Shown: piece by piece, positions 26,607 through 35,648 of the stretch
Numbering within the stretch: position 1 is the stretch's first letter
Layout of the letters: every line of letters begins with the position of its first letter
Origin: a virus
Virus record (IMG/VR): IMGVR_UViG_3300045974_000166
Coordinates: 32,001 to 96,000 of that record
Strand: one strand, 5' to 3'
Length of the DNA stretch: 64,000 nt
The notes under the pieces: generated by a model
Seen by the model: only the letters and a program-made list of their open reading frames with translations
Databases searched by the model: none
Told to the model about the DNA's origin: nothing
Position numbers and translations under genes: made by a program

Positions 26607-27068
26607 ATGACTAAACCTTCAATTTCTAAAAAGTCTAGATATAGACAAGGCACATACACACCAAAGAACCCAGACAAGTACATAGGTGACGGTGAAATTC
26701 GCTATAGATCTTCTTGGGAACTACGACTGTGTAAGTGGCTTGATAATCACCAATCTGTAGTTTGTTGGAATTCAGAAGGAATGGTAGTTCCCTATTTAAG
26801 CCCAGTTGACAATAAGCAACACAAATACTATGTAGATTTTTTGGCAAAGATGAAACTTAAAGACGGCACAATCAAAACATATGCAATAGAAATTAAACCA
26901 AAAAAAGAAATGATACCCCCACGCAAAAACAAAAACAAAGAACGAATGATTACTGAAGTGACAACATTTGTTACAAACCAGGCAAAATGGGCCCATGCTA
27001 AAGAATACTGTGATAAACTTGGTATTTCATTTTTAGTACTCAATGAACACGATTTAGGAATAGCATGA
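26607..27068 (+). CDS. gp4: head completion nuclease
   Basis: PKNPDKYIGD, YRSSWE, WNSE, YYVDF and IEIKP. Confidence 0.93.
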   Translation: MTKPSISKKSRYRQGTYTPKNPDKYIGDGEIRYRSSWELRLCKWLDNHQSVVCWNSEGMVVPYLSPVDNKQHKYYVDFLAKMKLKDGTIKTYAIEIKPKKEMIPPRKNKNKERMITEVTTFVTNQAKWAHAKEYCDKLGISFLVLNEHDLGIA

Positions 27069-27697
27069 AAAATCTTGCATCAAGAAATATGACTTCGATC
27101 TTTGAAGCGATAAAGAAGGACCCAAATTTTAAAGCTGAACGGAGTTCCGATTGGTTTAAAAACAAAATCAAAGAACTTGCGCCTATCGCGCCGGTTGATA
27201 GAGCTAACCTTATGGCGCAAACTAGAGATTCTATGCAGTCAAATAGACTCTTACCTGGTACTATGACATTTTTTGCATATGATCCAAAATATAAAGCAGT
27301 TCTGCCTTACTATGATAAGTTTCCGCTATCATTTATAGTAGGAATTGACAAATCTGGTTTTACTGGACTAAATTTCCACTATCTGTCTATACCAATGCGG
27401 ATTAAACTCTATGATGCAATGTATATTATAGCAAAACAGTCCGTAAATAAAACTACACAACAGGTTTTAGTTCTAAACTGGAAATTACTATCTAACTTTG
27501 CTAGGTTTCCAGCTGCAGCTCCAGCAGTTAAAAAGTATCTCTTTGGTCACGTTCAATCTAGATTTATTAAAGTACCTTTAGAAGATTGGAAAACTGCTAT
27601 ACTGTTAGAAAATGCTGAATTTAAAAAGGCATCAGCTTCATCAGTCAGATCAATATCGACTCAAATCGCTTCTAATGCATTAAAGAATCGAGAGTAG
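27065..27697 (+). CDS. gp2: DNA end protector protein
   Basis: FFAYDPKYK, LPYYDKFPL, GLNFHYL and VKKYLFGHVQS. Confidence 0.92.
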   Translation: MKNLASRNMTSIFEAIKKDPNFKAERSSDWFKNKIKELAPIAPVDRANLMAQTRDSMQSNRLLPGTMTFFAYDPKYKAVLPYYDKFPLSFIVGIDKSGFTGLNFHYLSIPMRIKLYDAMYIIAKQSVNKTTQQVLVLNWKLLSNFARFPAAAPAVKKYLFGHVQSRFIKVPLEDWKTAILLENAEFKKASASSVRSISTQIASNALKNRE

Positions 27698-28015
27698 TGT
27701 TACCATACCAAGTGATACTAATACATTAATTCTACAGCGATCTAAGCAGTAGTCTACGATTAGAATGGATCCGAGGTGAAACCGAGTGATCTGGGGCTGA
27801 GGGTACCGAATGCCCCAAGCTAAAGCTAGCCAATAAGTATTAAGAATACTCTAGATGCAAAGACCCTTAGTATTACCCTCCATTGCATTCCGGGTAGCTA
27901 GTCACTAGCAAGCTAGTTCCATAGCTTATTTCTCTAAATACCTTTAGCACCAGCTTCCAAAGTCCACATGAATAGAATATGGTTCATCGTAGATGAACAC
28001 AACTATCCTTTCTAT
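27698..28015 (-). ncRNA. candidate structured RNA / small-peptide transcript
   Basis: No long ORF; several short inverted repeats; own promoter at 28022-28050. Confidence 0.3.
27944..28000 (-). CDS. candidate 18-aa peptide MFIYDEPYSIHVDFGSWC
   Basis: GTG start 5 nt after SD AAAGGA near the predicted +1. Confidence 0.3.
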   Translation of the reverse strand: MFIYDEPYSIHVDFGSWC

Positions 28016-28021
28016 AGAATA

Positions 28022-28050
28022 ATTATATCACGCGTTTTTGCTGATGTACA
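28022..28050 (-). promoter_or_regulatory. sigma70-type promoter P13
   Basis: TGTACA-17-TATAAT, pointing into the 27698-28015 gap. Confidence 0.65.
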
Positions 28051-28117
28051 ATCTTTTTAGCACAGCTAAGTTATTGATGCTTAAATAGATTCCGGTTTAA
28101 TTACATTCTGTAACAAC

Positions 28118-28300
28118 TTAGTTGTTTAGTTGGTGCTTGAGATTTTCTTTTTGTATATCAGCTGCAATCATCGACATTTCTACATCAAGTTCCCACCGAG
28201 TCATTTGGTCTATAGTGTCTGCAGAGTAGTTAAATCTATATCGTAGCATATGCATGGCCTTGAAGTAATCTTGCAGATCGATATACCCAAGGCTTATAGA
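28118..28300 (-). CDS. gp51: gp51-like baseplate hub/tail assembly chaperone; probable -1 frameshift extension of gp26 (not in ORF track)
   Basis: 60 open codons SISLGYIDLQDYFKAMHMLRYRFNYSADTIDQMTRWELDVEM..., resembling gp51 of T4-like phages; begins at the T-TTT-TTT run. Confidence 0.7.
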   Translation of the reverse strand, partial: SISLGYIDLQDYFKAMHMLRYRFNYSADTIDQMTRWELDVEMSMIAADIQKENLKHQLNN

Positions 28301-28986
28301 AAAAAATTCTCAAACCCAGACATAATTTGATCATGATGCTTACCACAATGCTTACAGTCGAATGAGACATCGAGCTTAACCATTGGCATTTCATCTAGAA
28401 ATTTAGCAATTAGACTTTGTTGTTTTGGACTCATTGATTCTACAAACTCAGTCTTTTCTTGTTCTGAATATTCAAATACTTCATCATCAGAATAGATTGA
28501 TGTAATACATTTAGCAACTGTTCCCGAACCATTTGCTTTCCCACCAGCTTTGATAGTTTCGATGAAATCGGATAAAGAAGGATGTCGAAGAACTACGGTA
28601 TAGTTTGTCTCGGGAATCTTGATCTTAAGTTTATCTATTGGATTTGGTTCTACCACTGCTTTGGTAATATCAACTGTGAATTCAGTTTTGGCAGTTGGAG
28701 CACACGAACAAGATCCTATTAGGTCAACGATTTCGCCTACAGATTTTGATCTGATATGCAGGAATAAAAATTCAAGATCATAGTATGGATGCTCATCTGG
28801 GTCCACTACTTCAAAAGTACAAACCTCAATAGTATTCCTAATTGCCGCTCCAACCGTATCAAGATTGTTTTCTTGCAGTGCTAACAGCAAAGCTTTCTCT
28901 TCTTTGACAGTAAAAGGACGGAATGACACAGTTTTGCCATTAGATGGAATTTTAATTGTATACGTTGGAAGAATAATTTTTTTCAT
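28294..28986 (-). CDS. gp26: baseplate hub assembly protein / tail assembly chaperone
   Basis: LPTY.I.IPS, FRPFTVKEEKALL, DLEFLFLHIRSKSVGE, CSC...CKHC and the terminal GFENFF. Confidence 0.9.
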   Translation of the reverse strand: MKKIILPTYTIKIPSNGKTVSFRPFTVKEEKALLLALQENNLDTVGAAIRNTIEVCTFEVVDPDEHPYYDLEFLFLHIRSKSVGEIVDLIGSCSCAPTAKTEFTVDITKAVVEPNPIDKLKIKIPETNYTVVLRHPSLSDFIETIKAGGKANGSGTVAKCITSIYSDDEVFEYSEQEKTEFVESMSPKQQSLIAKFLDEMPMVKLDVSFDCKHCGKHHDQIMSGFENFFL

Positions 28987-29005
28987 ATGATCACTTTATT
29001 AATGA

Positions 29006-29701
29006 TTAAGAACCAATTGCAAAGTCTGTACCAAGACCAGAAATGATACTTTGTTTATTTAGGTCAGATTGAAGTCCTTGATAGACTTCTGAATTTGTGT
29101 ATGCGCCTTTAATTTTATCTGATTGAGTAGTAGCATATGTATCTTCTGATGCTGTATCAATACTTGTTTCTACCGTTTCAAATACAAATGACACCGGAAG
29201 ACTCATAATACCAGTTGAACTATAGTCTAACATTATAGAATTGATCACCTTTGGCACAACACGCTTATATGTATAAGAGAAGTTAGAATTTCCTTCTAGA
29301 TCAATCATGTTGAGTTTAAATGATTCAGCTGTATAGTCATCTGGGTAACTAAAATTGCGGCGAGAGTTCACAATCAGTTCTTTCCATTTTTCAAAGAACT
29401 TTTGGACTAGATATGTCTGATCAACATAAAATTGAAGCATTAAATCTTGGTAGTCATAGTCGTGAATAAATTTACGCTTGATACCAGCTTCAAAGTAGTT
29501 ATCATTGGTCATCATCTGTGTAAATGGTGTCTGGGCACCATGACAGAAAAGATTGATTGTGTCGACATCTGGAGCCGAAACTTTGCCAGAATTGAGTAAT
29601 CCCGGTGGTAAAGTGAGTTCTACATAGAAAAGATACGGCCGAGCAATATTTGTGGCTCTTATAGAGGCACTAAATTTGTTTAGAGGTGGTGCTGTAGACA
29701 T
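29006..29701 (-). CDS. gp54: tail tube initiator / gp19-gp54 family protein
   Basis: IARPYLFYV, LFCHGAQTP, FYVD...FFEKW and LPVSFVF tail-tube-like motifs. Confidence 0.65.
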   Translation of the reverse strand: MSTAPPLNKFSASIRATNIARPYLFYVELTLPPGLLNSGKVSAPDVDTINLFCHGAQTPFTQMMTNDNYFEAGIKRKFIHDYDYQDLMLQFYVDQTYLVQKFFEKWKELIVNSRRNFSYPDDYTAESFKLNMIDLEGNSNFSYTYKRVVPKVINSIMLDYSSTGIMSLPVSFVFETVETSIDTASEDTYATTQSDKIKGAYTNSEVYQGLQSDLNKQSIISGLGTDFAIGS

Positions 29702-29713
29702 TTAGAATGTACC

Positions 29714-29721
29714 ATTAAATA
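29714..29721 (+). promoter_or_regulatory. putative late promoter (ATTAAATA) for gp48
   Basis: One of a back-to-back pair in the 52-bp divergent gap. Confidence 0.65.
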
Positions 29722-29726
29722 ATTAG

Positions 29727-29734
29727 TATTTAAT
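29727..29734 (-). promoter_or_regulatory. putative late promoter (ATTAAATA) for gp54-26-51
   Basis: tatttaat on the plus strand. Confidence 0.65.
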
Positions 29735-29753
29735 CCCACATTAAAGAATTCTA

Positions 29754-30872
29754 ATGGATGCAACAACTCAAAAAATAGATAAGAAGAATATTGCCTCTTA
29801 CTCTAAGACTACTAATGATATAGATGTCTTATCCGGTAAGAAAATTCTTGCTTTCCCAACATCTCTTGGATCCACCATAAAAGATGAGGCAGGGAATGAT
29901 TTTGCCTATGTGATTATTCGAATTAATACTTCGGACACAGGATCTAAACTTAGAGAAGATGCATCTTCTGGTGATGTACTTATAGCCGCAGGTGCTGTAC
30001 AGACTGGTTCTGCACAAGATTTAGGTAAGTTAGACAAAATTACCAATAAATTTAACCCACTGACTTCAAACAAATATCTAGAAGGTCGGCAAGCAGATCA
30101 AGACCTATCTACTAGATATGGTAAAGCCGCTGTAAGTAAAGAAAATTCTAAAGGTTGGACAAAGAAATTTGGTCTTACTAAGCTAGACAAAGTTATAGTT
30201 CTCCCGATGCCAGCTGACTATTCTGTTGATACTGCAATTAATTATGAACCTACTGAATCTGGGGATTTATCTAAAATTTTAGATGCGGCCGCCTCAATAG
30301 AATCTGGTGGTATTTCTGCATATCTTAAAATGGCGGCAACAAGCATAGCAGCATCTATTGGCGCCGGTGCTATTAATGCAGCCAAAGATGTAATGGGTAT
30401 GAAACCTGGTTCTACAGAAGATATGACTAGAAAACTCTATGCTATGAGTAGAGAAGCAGAAAATCCAAAGAAAGAAATTTTGTTCAAGGATATCGGTTTC
30501 AGAAACTTTACTTTCGCTTATGTACTTTCTCCAAAGAATGCACTTGAATCTGCTACAATACAAGAAATAATCAGAACACTTAGATATTATGCTCTACCAG
30601 AACTACAAAAGGGTAAACTTTTCTATACATTTCCCGGTGAGTTTGAAATTGCAATGATGAAGGGTGGAATTGAAAATACAGCATTACCGAGAATTGCAAC
30701 TTGCGTACTGGAAGATGTTGGGGTTACCTTTACATCTGGTGGTGGTACCTGGGGTAATTTACCAGACGGTATGACACCAATGGTTAATCTAACTCTTCAG
30801 TTCAAAGAAATAGAAATCATTGATAGAAACAGAGTTTGGAATCGCGACTCTGTAATTACATCGGGTTATTAA
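29754..30872 (+). CDS. gp48: baseplate tail tube cap
   Basis: IVLPMP, NPKKEILFKDIGFRNFTF, PKNALES, FPGEFEI and LTLQFKEIE. Confidence 0.85.
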   Translation: MDATTQKIDKKNIASYSKTTNDIDVLSGKKILAFPTSLGSTIKDEAGNDFAYVIIRINTSDTGSKLREDASSGDVLIAAGAVQTGSAQDLGKLDKITNKFNPLTSNKYLEGRQADQDLSTRYGKAAVSKENSKGWTKKFGLTKLDKVIVLPMPADYSVDTAINYEPTESGDLSKILDAAASIESGGISAYLKMAATSIAASIGAGAINAAKDVMGMKPGSTEDMTRKLYAMSREAENPKKEILFKDIGFRNFTFAYVLSPKNALESATIQEIIRTLRYYALPELQKGKLFYTFPGEFEIAMMKGGIENTALPRIATCVLEDVGVTFTSGGGTWGNLPDGMTPMVNLTLQFKEIEIIDRNRVWNRDSVITSGY

Positions 30873-30873
30873 G

Positions 30874-31419
30874 ATGACATACTTTGCAAATTTTCCATAC
30901 ACAACATTTGAATTCAACGGAATCGATTCCGTTGTGAAAAATGTTTTAGAACGCGCCCGGTTTATCACTGAGTATGCACCTTATACAGATTTGTTCCAAG
31001 TTTATGAAATAAGCAATGGTGAAACCGTTCAATCTATTGCCAATGATTACTATGGTTCTGCCACATATCATTGGGTAATCATGATCTTTAATGAAATACA
31101 TGATCTAGAAAATGAATGGCCCCGTGATAACTATCAGTTAGATATTTACTGCACAAACAAATACGGTTCAGCTAAAGATTCAGTTATGTCATGGATTGAT
31201 CCAAATGGTAATGTTGTCGGTGAAGTAAAGACATTTGTACTTGGTCAGATTTGGACTCCGCCAGCTAATCCAGGTACATTGGGCAATACTTATTATCTTC
31301 CGATGACATTTGTAGAATATGAAGAAAAACTCAATGAAGCAAAACGTATTATCAAAATTATGCGGCCAGAACTACTTGGTGATTTTGTCAAACAATTTCA
31401 TGATAAATTAAATGGCTGA
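30874..31419 (+). CDS. gp53: baseplate wedge subunit
   Basis: YFANFP, GETVQSIANDYYG..YHWVI, WP and EEKLNEAKRIIKI. Confidence 0.9.
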   Translation: MTYFANFPYTTFEFNGIDSVVKNVLERARFITEYAPYTDLFQVYEISNGETVQSIANDYYGSATYHWVIMIFNEIHDLENEWPRDNYQLDIYCTNKYGSAKDSVMSWIDPNGNVVGEVKTFVLGQIWTPPANPGTLGNTYYLPMTFVEYEEKLNEAKRIIKIMRPELLGDFVKQFHDKLNG

Positions 31420-32671
31420 AAGTAAAACATCCATCTCATCTCCGGGTGAGATAAACATAAGACGTTTTGATCTTAGATCTACCAATGGTAAGATGTTTAG
31501 TCTTTCGACTCAGGTTGCAGATTTGACTCTATACGAAGATGTGTTTTCAAACACTATGTCTGGATATGCAATTATTCAGGACTCATTAGATCTTATTAAT
31601 ACACTTCCAATTATGGGAGAAGAAATTCTTTACATAGATCTTCAGACACCATCTTTGACTAAGAGTATAACAAAGACATTTTATGTCTATAAGTTAGCTG
31701 GCCTGGCTCAAAAGAAACGCGCCTCAACTTATATGCTTTATTTTTGTTCTTTTGAACTAATTAGTTCATTGAATTCAAAAATTTCAAAATCATTTAAAGG
31801 TAACATCACAGATACAGTTAAAGAAATCTTTGGTAGTAAACGATTCCTTGCATCAGAAAAGAATATTGTTTCTGATACTACAGCTAATGACTATTCATTT
31901 GTTGCTCCGTTTTGGTCGCCACTTCAGACAATCAATTGGTTGACTACTAAGAGTTTAAATAAGAGAGGTATCTCTAACTTCTTATTTTTTGAGAATAACA
32001 AAGAATTCAAATACGTTTCTATAGATTCTTTGCTCTCTACACAACCAGTTAGAAATTATGTTTTGTCCGACGTAAATTCAACTACTGTTGTTGGAAATGA
32101 TATGGATAAGAGATACTCATTTGTAGAACTTGTTGACATGCCGGTGACATTTGACTATATGAGAAATTCTTCTGCTGGTATGTATGGTGGTGTGCTTTAT
32201 ACATATGACTTAACAACAAAGAAAATTAAGAAGACTCAGTATGATTATCTAGTAGAATTCACTAAGGCAAATCATACAAATAAACTTCCTCTAAAATCTA
32301 AGAATCTATTCAACAATTTGAGATCAAACATTGACTTCTCTACTCAAAACGACTATTTGACTGGTGTATACAAATCTCAGAAACTTCATGATACCGTACT
32401 TCAACGAAATTCTTTGTTAGAACAAATCCGTGCATTCAAGTTCAACATCCGAGTTTTTGGTCGTACTGACATTAATGCCGGGCAAACTATAACTTATACA
32501 TCACCCAAGCAAAGAGAAATTGCCAAAGACGAAATTCAGGCTAACCCAGACTCTGAGTATTTTACTGGTAAGTATCTCATTACTGCTATTCGTCACCAAA
32601 TTATTCGTGGTCAACACCACATGGAAATGGAAATTGTTTCCGATTCATTCGTTAAAGATATTTCAATATGA
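31412..32671 (+). CDS. gp27: baseplate hub subunit (gp27-like)
   Basis: LYEDVFSNTMSG, LPIMGEE, APFWSPLQTINWL, FLFFEN and GKYLITAIRHQI. Confidence 0.7.
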   Translation: MAESKTSISSPGEINIRRFDLRSTNGKMFSLSTQVADLTLYEDVFSNTMSGYAIIQDSLDLINTLPIMGEEILYIDLQTPSLTKSITKTFYVYKLAGLAQKKRASTYMLYFCSFELISSLNSKISKSFKGNITDTVKEIFGSKRFLASEKNIVSDTTANDYSFVAPFWSPLQTINWLTTKSLNKRGISNFLFFENNKEFKYVSIDSLLSTQPVRNYVLSDVNSTTVVGNDMDKRYSFVELVDMPVTFDYMRNSSAGMYGGVLYTYDLTTKKIKKTQYDYLVEFTKANHTNKLPLKSKNLFNNLRSNIDFSTQNDYLTGVYKSQKLHDTVLQRNSLLEQIRAFKFNIRVFGRTDINAGQTITYTSPKQREIAKDEIQANPDSEYFTGKYLITAIRHQIIRGQHHMEMEIVSDSFVKDISI

Positions 32672-35217
32672 CTGACTTTTTTGTAGGTATTGTAGAAGAT
32701 AGAATTTCAGATCCACTTAAGTTGGGTAGAGTAAAAGTTCGTGTCTTTGGTGTACATTCTGAATCTATAATTGATGTACCAACTGCCGATTTACCTTGGG
32801 CAATTCCGTTGATGACTGCTGGTTCTGCATCGCTTTCTGGTATTGGTGATGCGGTGCCACAATATTTAGAAGGAAGTACCGTATTCATATTCTTCCAGGA
32901 TGGAGAATCAAAGCAGCAGCCTATCATCTTGGGATCACTTGCCGGTATTCCAATCAACAAGAATCCACTATCTAATACTTCAGAAGAAGTTTCTTCTAAT
33001 ATTGCAACACCTAAGTCAACTGTACTAGAATCAAGTTCTGGTACTCTTACTGACTCTTCTGGCCAAGCAGTAACAGACTCTTCAGGTACAGCCGTCAAAT
33101 CTGGCACTTCAGATTTGGTCCCACCTTTAGACATCACTGATATGGTTGCTAAATTTGGTGATAACGTTACTCTGGTATATCAAACTCTACTGAATTTTGG
33201 CATCAAAGATCCTTATGCTCTAATCGGCATTCTCTCTAATGTTGGCAAAGAATGTTCGTTTAAAGTTACTCGTGAAAGTCTAAATTATACTACAGTTGTA
33301 CGTCTTAAAGAAATATTTCCTTCTAAGTTTGGGTCAATGCCAGAATCAGTAGTTGCTACATATCTCGGTGATGAACAGAAAGTTGCTAATCTAGTGTATG
33401 CAAATAGATATGGTAATGGCACTACTGACTCTGGTGACGGTTATAATTTTCGCGGTGGTGGCTTTATCCAACTTACGTTCAAGAACAACTATCGCGATGT
33501 AGGTTCAAAAATAGGACTAGATCTTGTTTCTGATCCATCTCAAATTTCTGATGTAAAGGTAGCCGCAAAAACTTGTGCCCAATTCTTTATAAACTCATTT
33601 GGAGGCCGCGGCCGACTAAGTTTCTCAAGTTTAGATGAAGCACTTACTACAATTACGAAGAAGGTCAATGCTGGTGGATTTGCAAATGACTACCCAAAGG
33701 TAGTAACATATTCTAAACTTTGTAAAATCATCGATGATACAAATACAACAAGTAAGCAAGTAACAGAAGAAATTGCCAAGCCAAATAATCCAGAAAATGA
33801 CGTCAACAAGTCTGCCACTCAAGAACAGATAAACACTGGAATAGCATCTAAAAATAAACCTACTGGTGGTGGAACAGGTTTCAGAGACCCATCTGGCAAG
33901 TACCCTTTGTCTGCATTACTAAATGAACAAGATACTTCTCGCCTAGCTCGTAGAAATACTGCAGGTACCTCAATCGAAATTAGAAATAATAAGCGATTAA
34001 CTGGTCTCAAGAATACTTCTGGCACAACATTTGATGAACCAGCCCCAGCCTACAACTCACAATATCCGTACAACAAGGTTCATACAACTGAATCTGGACA
34101 CACCATAGAATTTGACGACACACCGGGCAATGAACGTATAAGTCAATTTCATGCAGCAGGCACATATACAGAGATTGACAAATATGGTAATACGGTTAAC
34201 AAAATTGTGGGTGATAACTATTCTATCACAGAACGCAACGGTTATATCTACATAGACGGTACAGCTAGAATCTCTGTTGGTTCTGATGTTAAGTTATATG
34301 TTGCTGGAAATATGGAAGTTGAAGTAGATGGAGATTTAAACTACAATGTGGGTGGGTCTGTAAATTGGAAAATTGGTGGCAATCTAATACAGGGTGTTGG
34401 CGGCCAAAATTCATTGAAATCTAGTGGGTCTACAGATATAGATTCTTCTATGGTTAACTTTAACTCTGGTACTTCTATATCTAACCCTCCATCTGCACGG
34501 TCTGGTGTTACCAATGATTACCCTAAACAAATACCAGAAAATTTCCTTGGTGGAGAAATTATCAAGTTTGATGATGCAGACCCAACTGTCGTTGATGCGC
34601 ATCATACGGAACAACTAAAGTCTGGTGCTATCACACAAGAAGAATTAGATAAAGGTACGGCCGCCAAAGCTATCGAAAAGAATGAAGAACCAGCTACAAT
34701 CAAAGAGGCACCAGTATTAAGTTCATGCACTATATTTGACAATAAGGATGACATTCCAGACACAACTCAAATATCTAAGTACTTTACTATAGGTATGCTT
34801 TCATCAAATGCCGTTGTGTCTCACTACAAGATAACAGCTCAACATAGTTTAACCAAAGCTCAAATAGCATGCAATCTCAAGAATTTAGCAGAGAACTGTC
34901 TTGATGTTATTAAAGCAAAATACTCAAACATGAGAGTTACTTCTGCATTCAGAATTGGAAGTACAACTTCTCAACATGAACTTGGTATGGCTGCTGACAT
35001 GCAATTTACTGGCATAACTAACGCAGATTACTATGACATAGCGGTTTGGATCAAATCTAATGTGATTTGTGATCAGCTTTTACTTGAGTATAAAACTACT
35101 GGAACTGGGCTTCCTTGGATTCATATTTCTTATAATATGGCCGGATGCAGATCACAAGTTATGACTTTTATGAATGATAAGAAATTTGCAGCTGGTCTCC
35201 AGAAACTTGAAGGATAA
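32668..35217 (+). CDS. gp5: baseplate central spike with GH19-like lysozyme and C-terminal M15 peptidase
   Basis: OB fold (DPLKLGRVKVR, LPWA); GH19 (YANRYGN, DGYNFRGGGFIQLT); YPYNKVHTTESGH; M15 (SAFR, SQHELGMAAD, WIHIS). Confidence 0.9.
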   Translation: MTDFFVGIVEDRISDPLKLGRVKVRVFGVHSESIIDVPTADLPWAIPLMTAGSASLSGIGDAVPQYLEGSTVFIFFQDGESKQQPIILGSLAGIPINKNPLSNTSEEVSSNIATPKSTVLESSSGTLTDSSGQAVTDSSGTAVKSGTSDLVPPLDITDMVAKFGDNVTLVYQTLLNFGIKDPYALIGILSNVGKECSFKVTRESLNYTTVVRLKEIFPSKFGSMPESVVATYLGDEQKVANLVYANRYGNGTTDSGDGYNFRGGGFIQLTFKNNYRDVGSKIGLDLVSDPSQISDVKVAAKTCAQFFINSFGGRGRLSFSSLDEALTTITKKVNAGGFANDYPKVVTYSKLCKIIDDTNTTSKQVTEEIAKPNNPENDVNKSATQEQINTGIASKNKPTGGGTGFRDPSGKYPLSALLNEQDTSRLARRNTAGTSIEIRNNKRLTGLKNTSGTTFDEPAPAYNSQYPYNKVHTTESGHTIEFDDTPGNERISQFHAAGTYTEIDKYGNTVNKIVGDNYSITERNGYIYIDGTARISVGSDVKLYVAGNMEVEVDGDLNYNVGGSVNWKIGGNLIQGVGGQNSLKSSGSTDIDSSMVNFNSGTSISNPPSARSGVTNDYPKQIPENFLGGEIIKFDDADPTVVDAHHTEQLKSGAITQEELDKGTAAKAIEKNEEPATIKEAPVLSSCTIFDNKDDIPDTTQISKYFTIGMLSSNAVVSHYKITAQHSLTKAQIACNLKNLAENCLDVIKAKYSNMRVTSAFRIGSTTSQHELGMAADMQFTGITNADYYDIAVWIKSNVICDQLLLEYKTTGTGLPWIHISYNMAGCRSQVMTFMNDKKFAAGLQKLEG

Positions 35218-35219
35218 AA

Positions 35220-35618
35220 ATGGCAACGTTAACACGAAATTCGCGAGACTATGTAGATGTAGACTTTAAGTTTACCAAACACCCAGAGTCTTATAATTTG
35301 GCAATCAAGAAGAACATTAATGCAGTAAAACAATCTATTGTAAATTTGCTTCTACTAAAAGAAGGTGATAAACCGTTTCACCCGGAGATCAAATCACCTA
35401 TTTTTGACAATTTGTTCGAACTAAGTTCAGTAGTTGAGAAAATTGTTCTTGAATCGGAAGTACTAAGGTATATCAACTCTTACGAGCCCAGAGTTCTAGT
35501 AAGTTCAGTTTCTGTATCGTTTGACTCTCCAAATGCTATATCATGTTCGGTAGTTGGTCAAATCATCAATCTACAGCAGCCGTTTGAGGTAAATATTCTA
35601 GTAGATCGTCTGAGATAA
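35220..35618 (+). CDS. gp25: baseplate wedge subunit
   Basis: AVKQSIVNLLL, GDKPFHPEI and YEPRV. Confidence 0.92.
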   Translation: MATLTRNSRDYVDVDFKFTKHPESYNLAIKKNINAVKQSIVNLLLLKEGDKPFHPEIKSPIFDNLFELSSVVEKIVLESEVLRYINSYEPRVLVSSVSVSFDSPNAISCSVVGQIINLQQPFEVNILVDRLR

Positions 35619-35620
35619 GC

Positions 35621-35628
35621 ATTAAATA
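35621..35628 (+). promoter_or_regulatory. putative late promoter (ATTAAATA)
   Basis: Intergenic, upstream of gp6. Confidence 0.65.
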
Positions 35629-35648
35629 AAACAATAAAGAAATAAACT

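Noticed and set aside
27793-27960. GGGGCTGA...CAGCTTCCA resembles tmRNA ends
   Set aside because: Only about 170 nt, with no T-arm or CCA end and no tag reading frame; the promoter points the other way.
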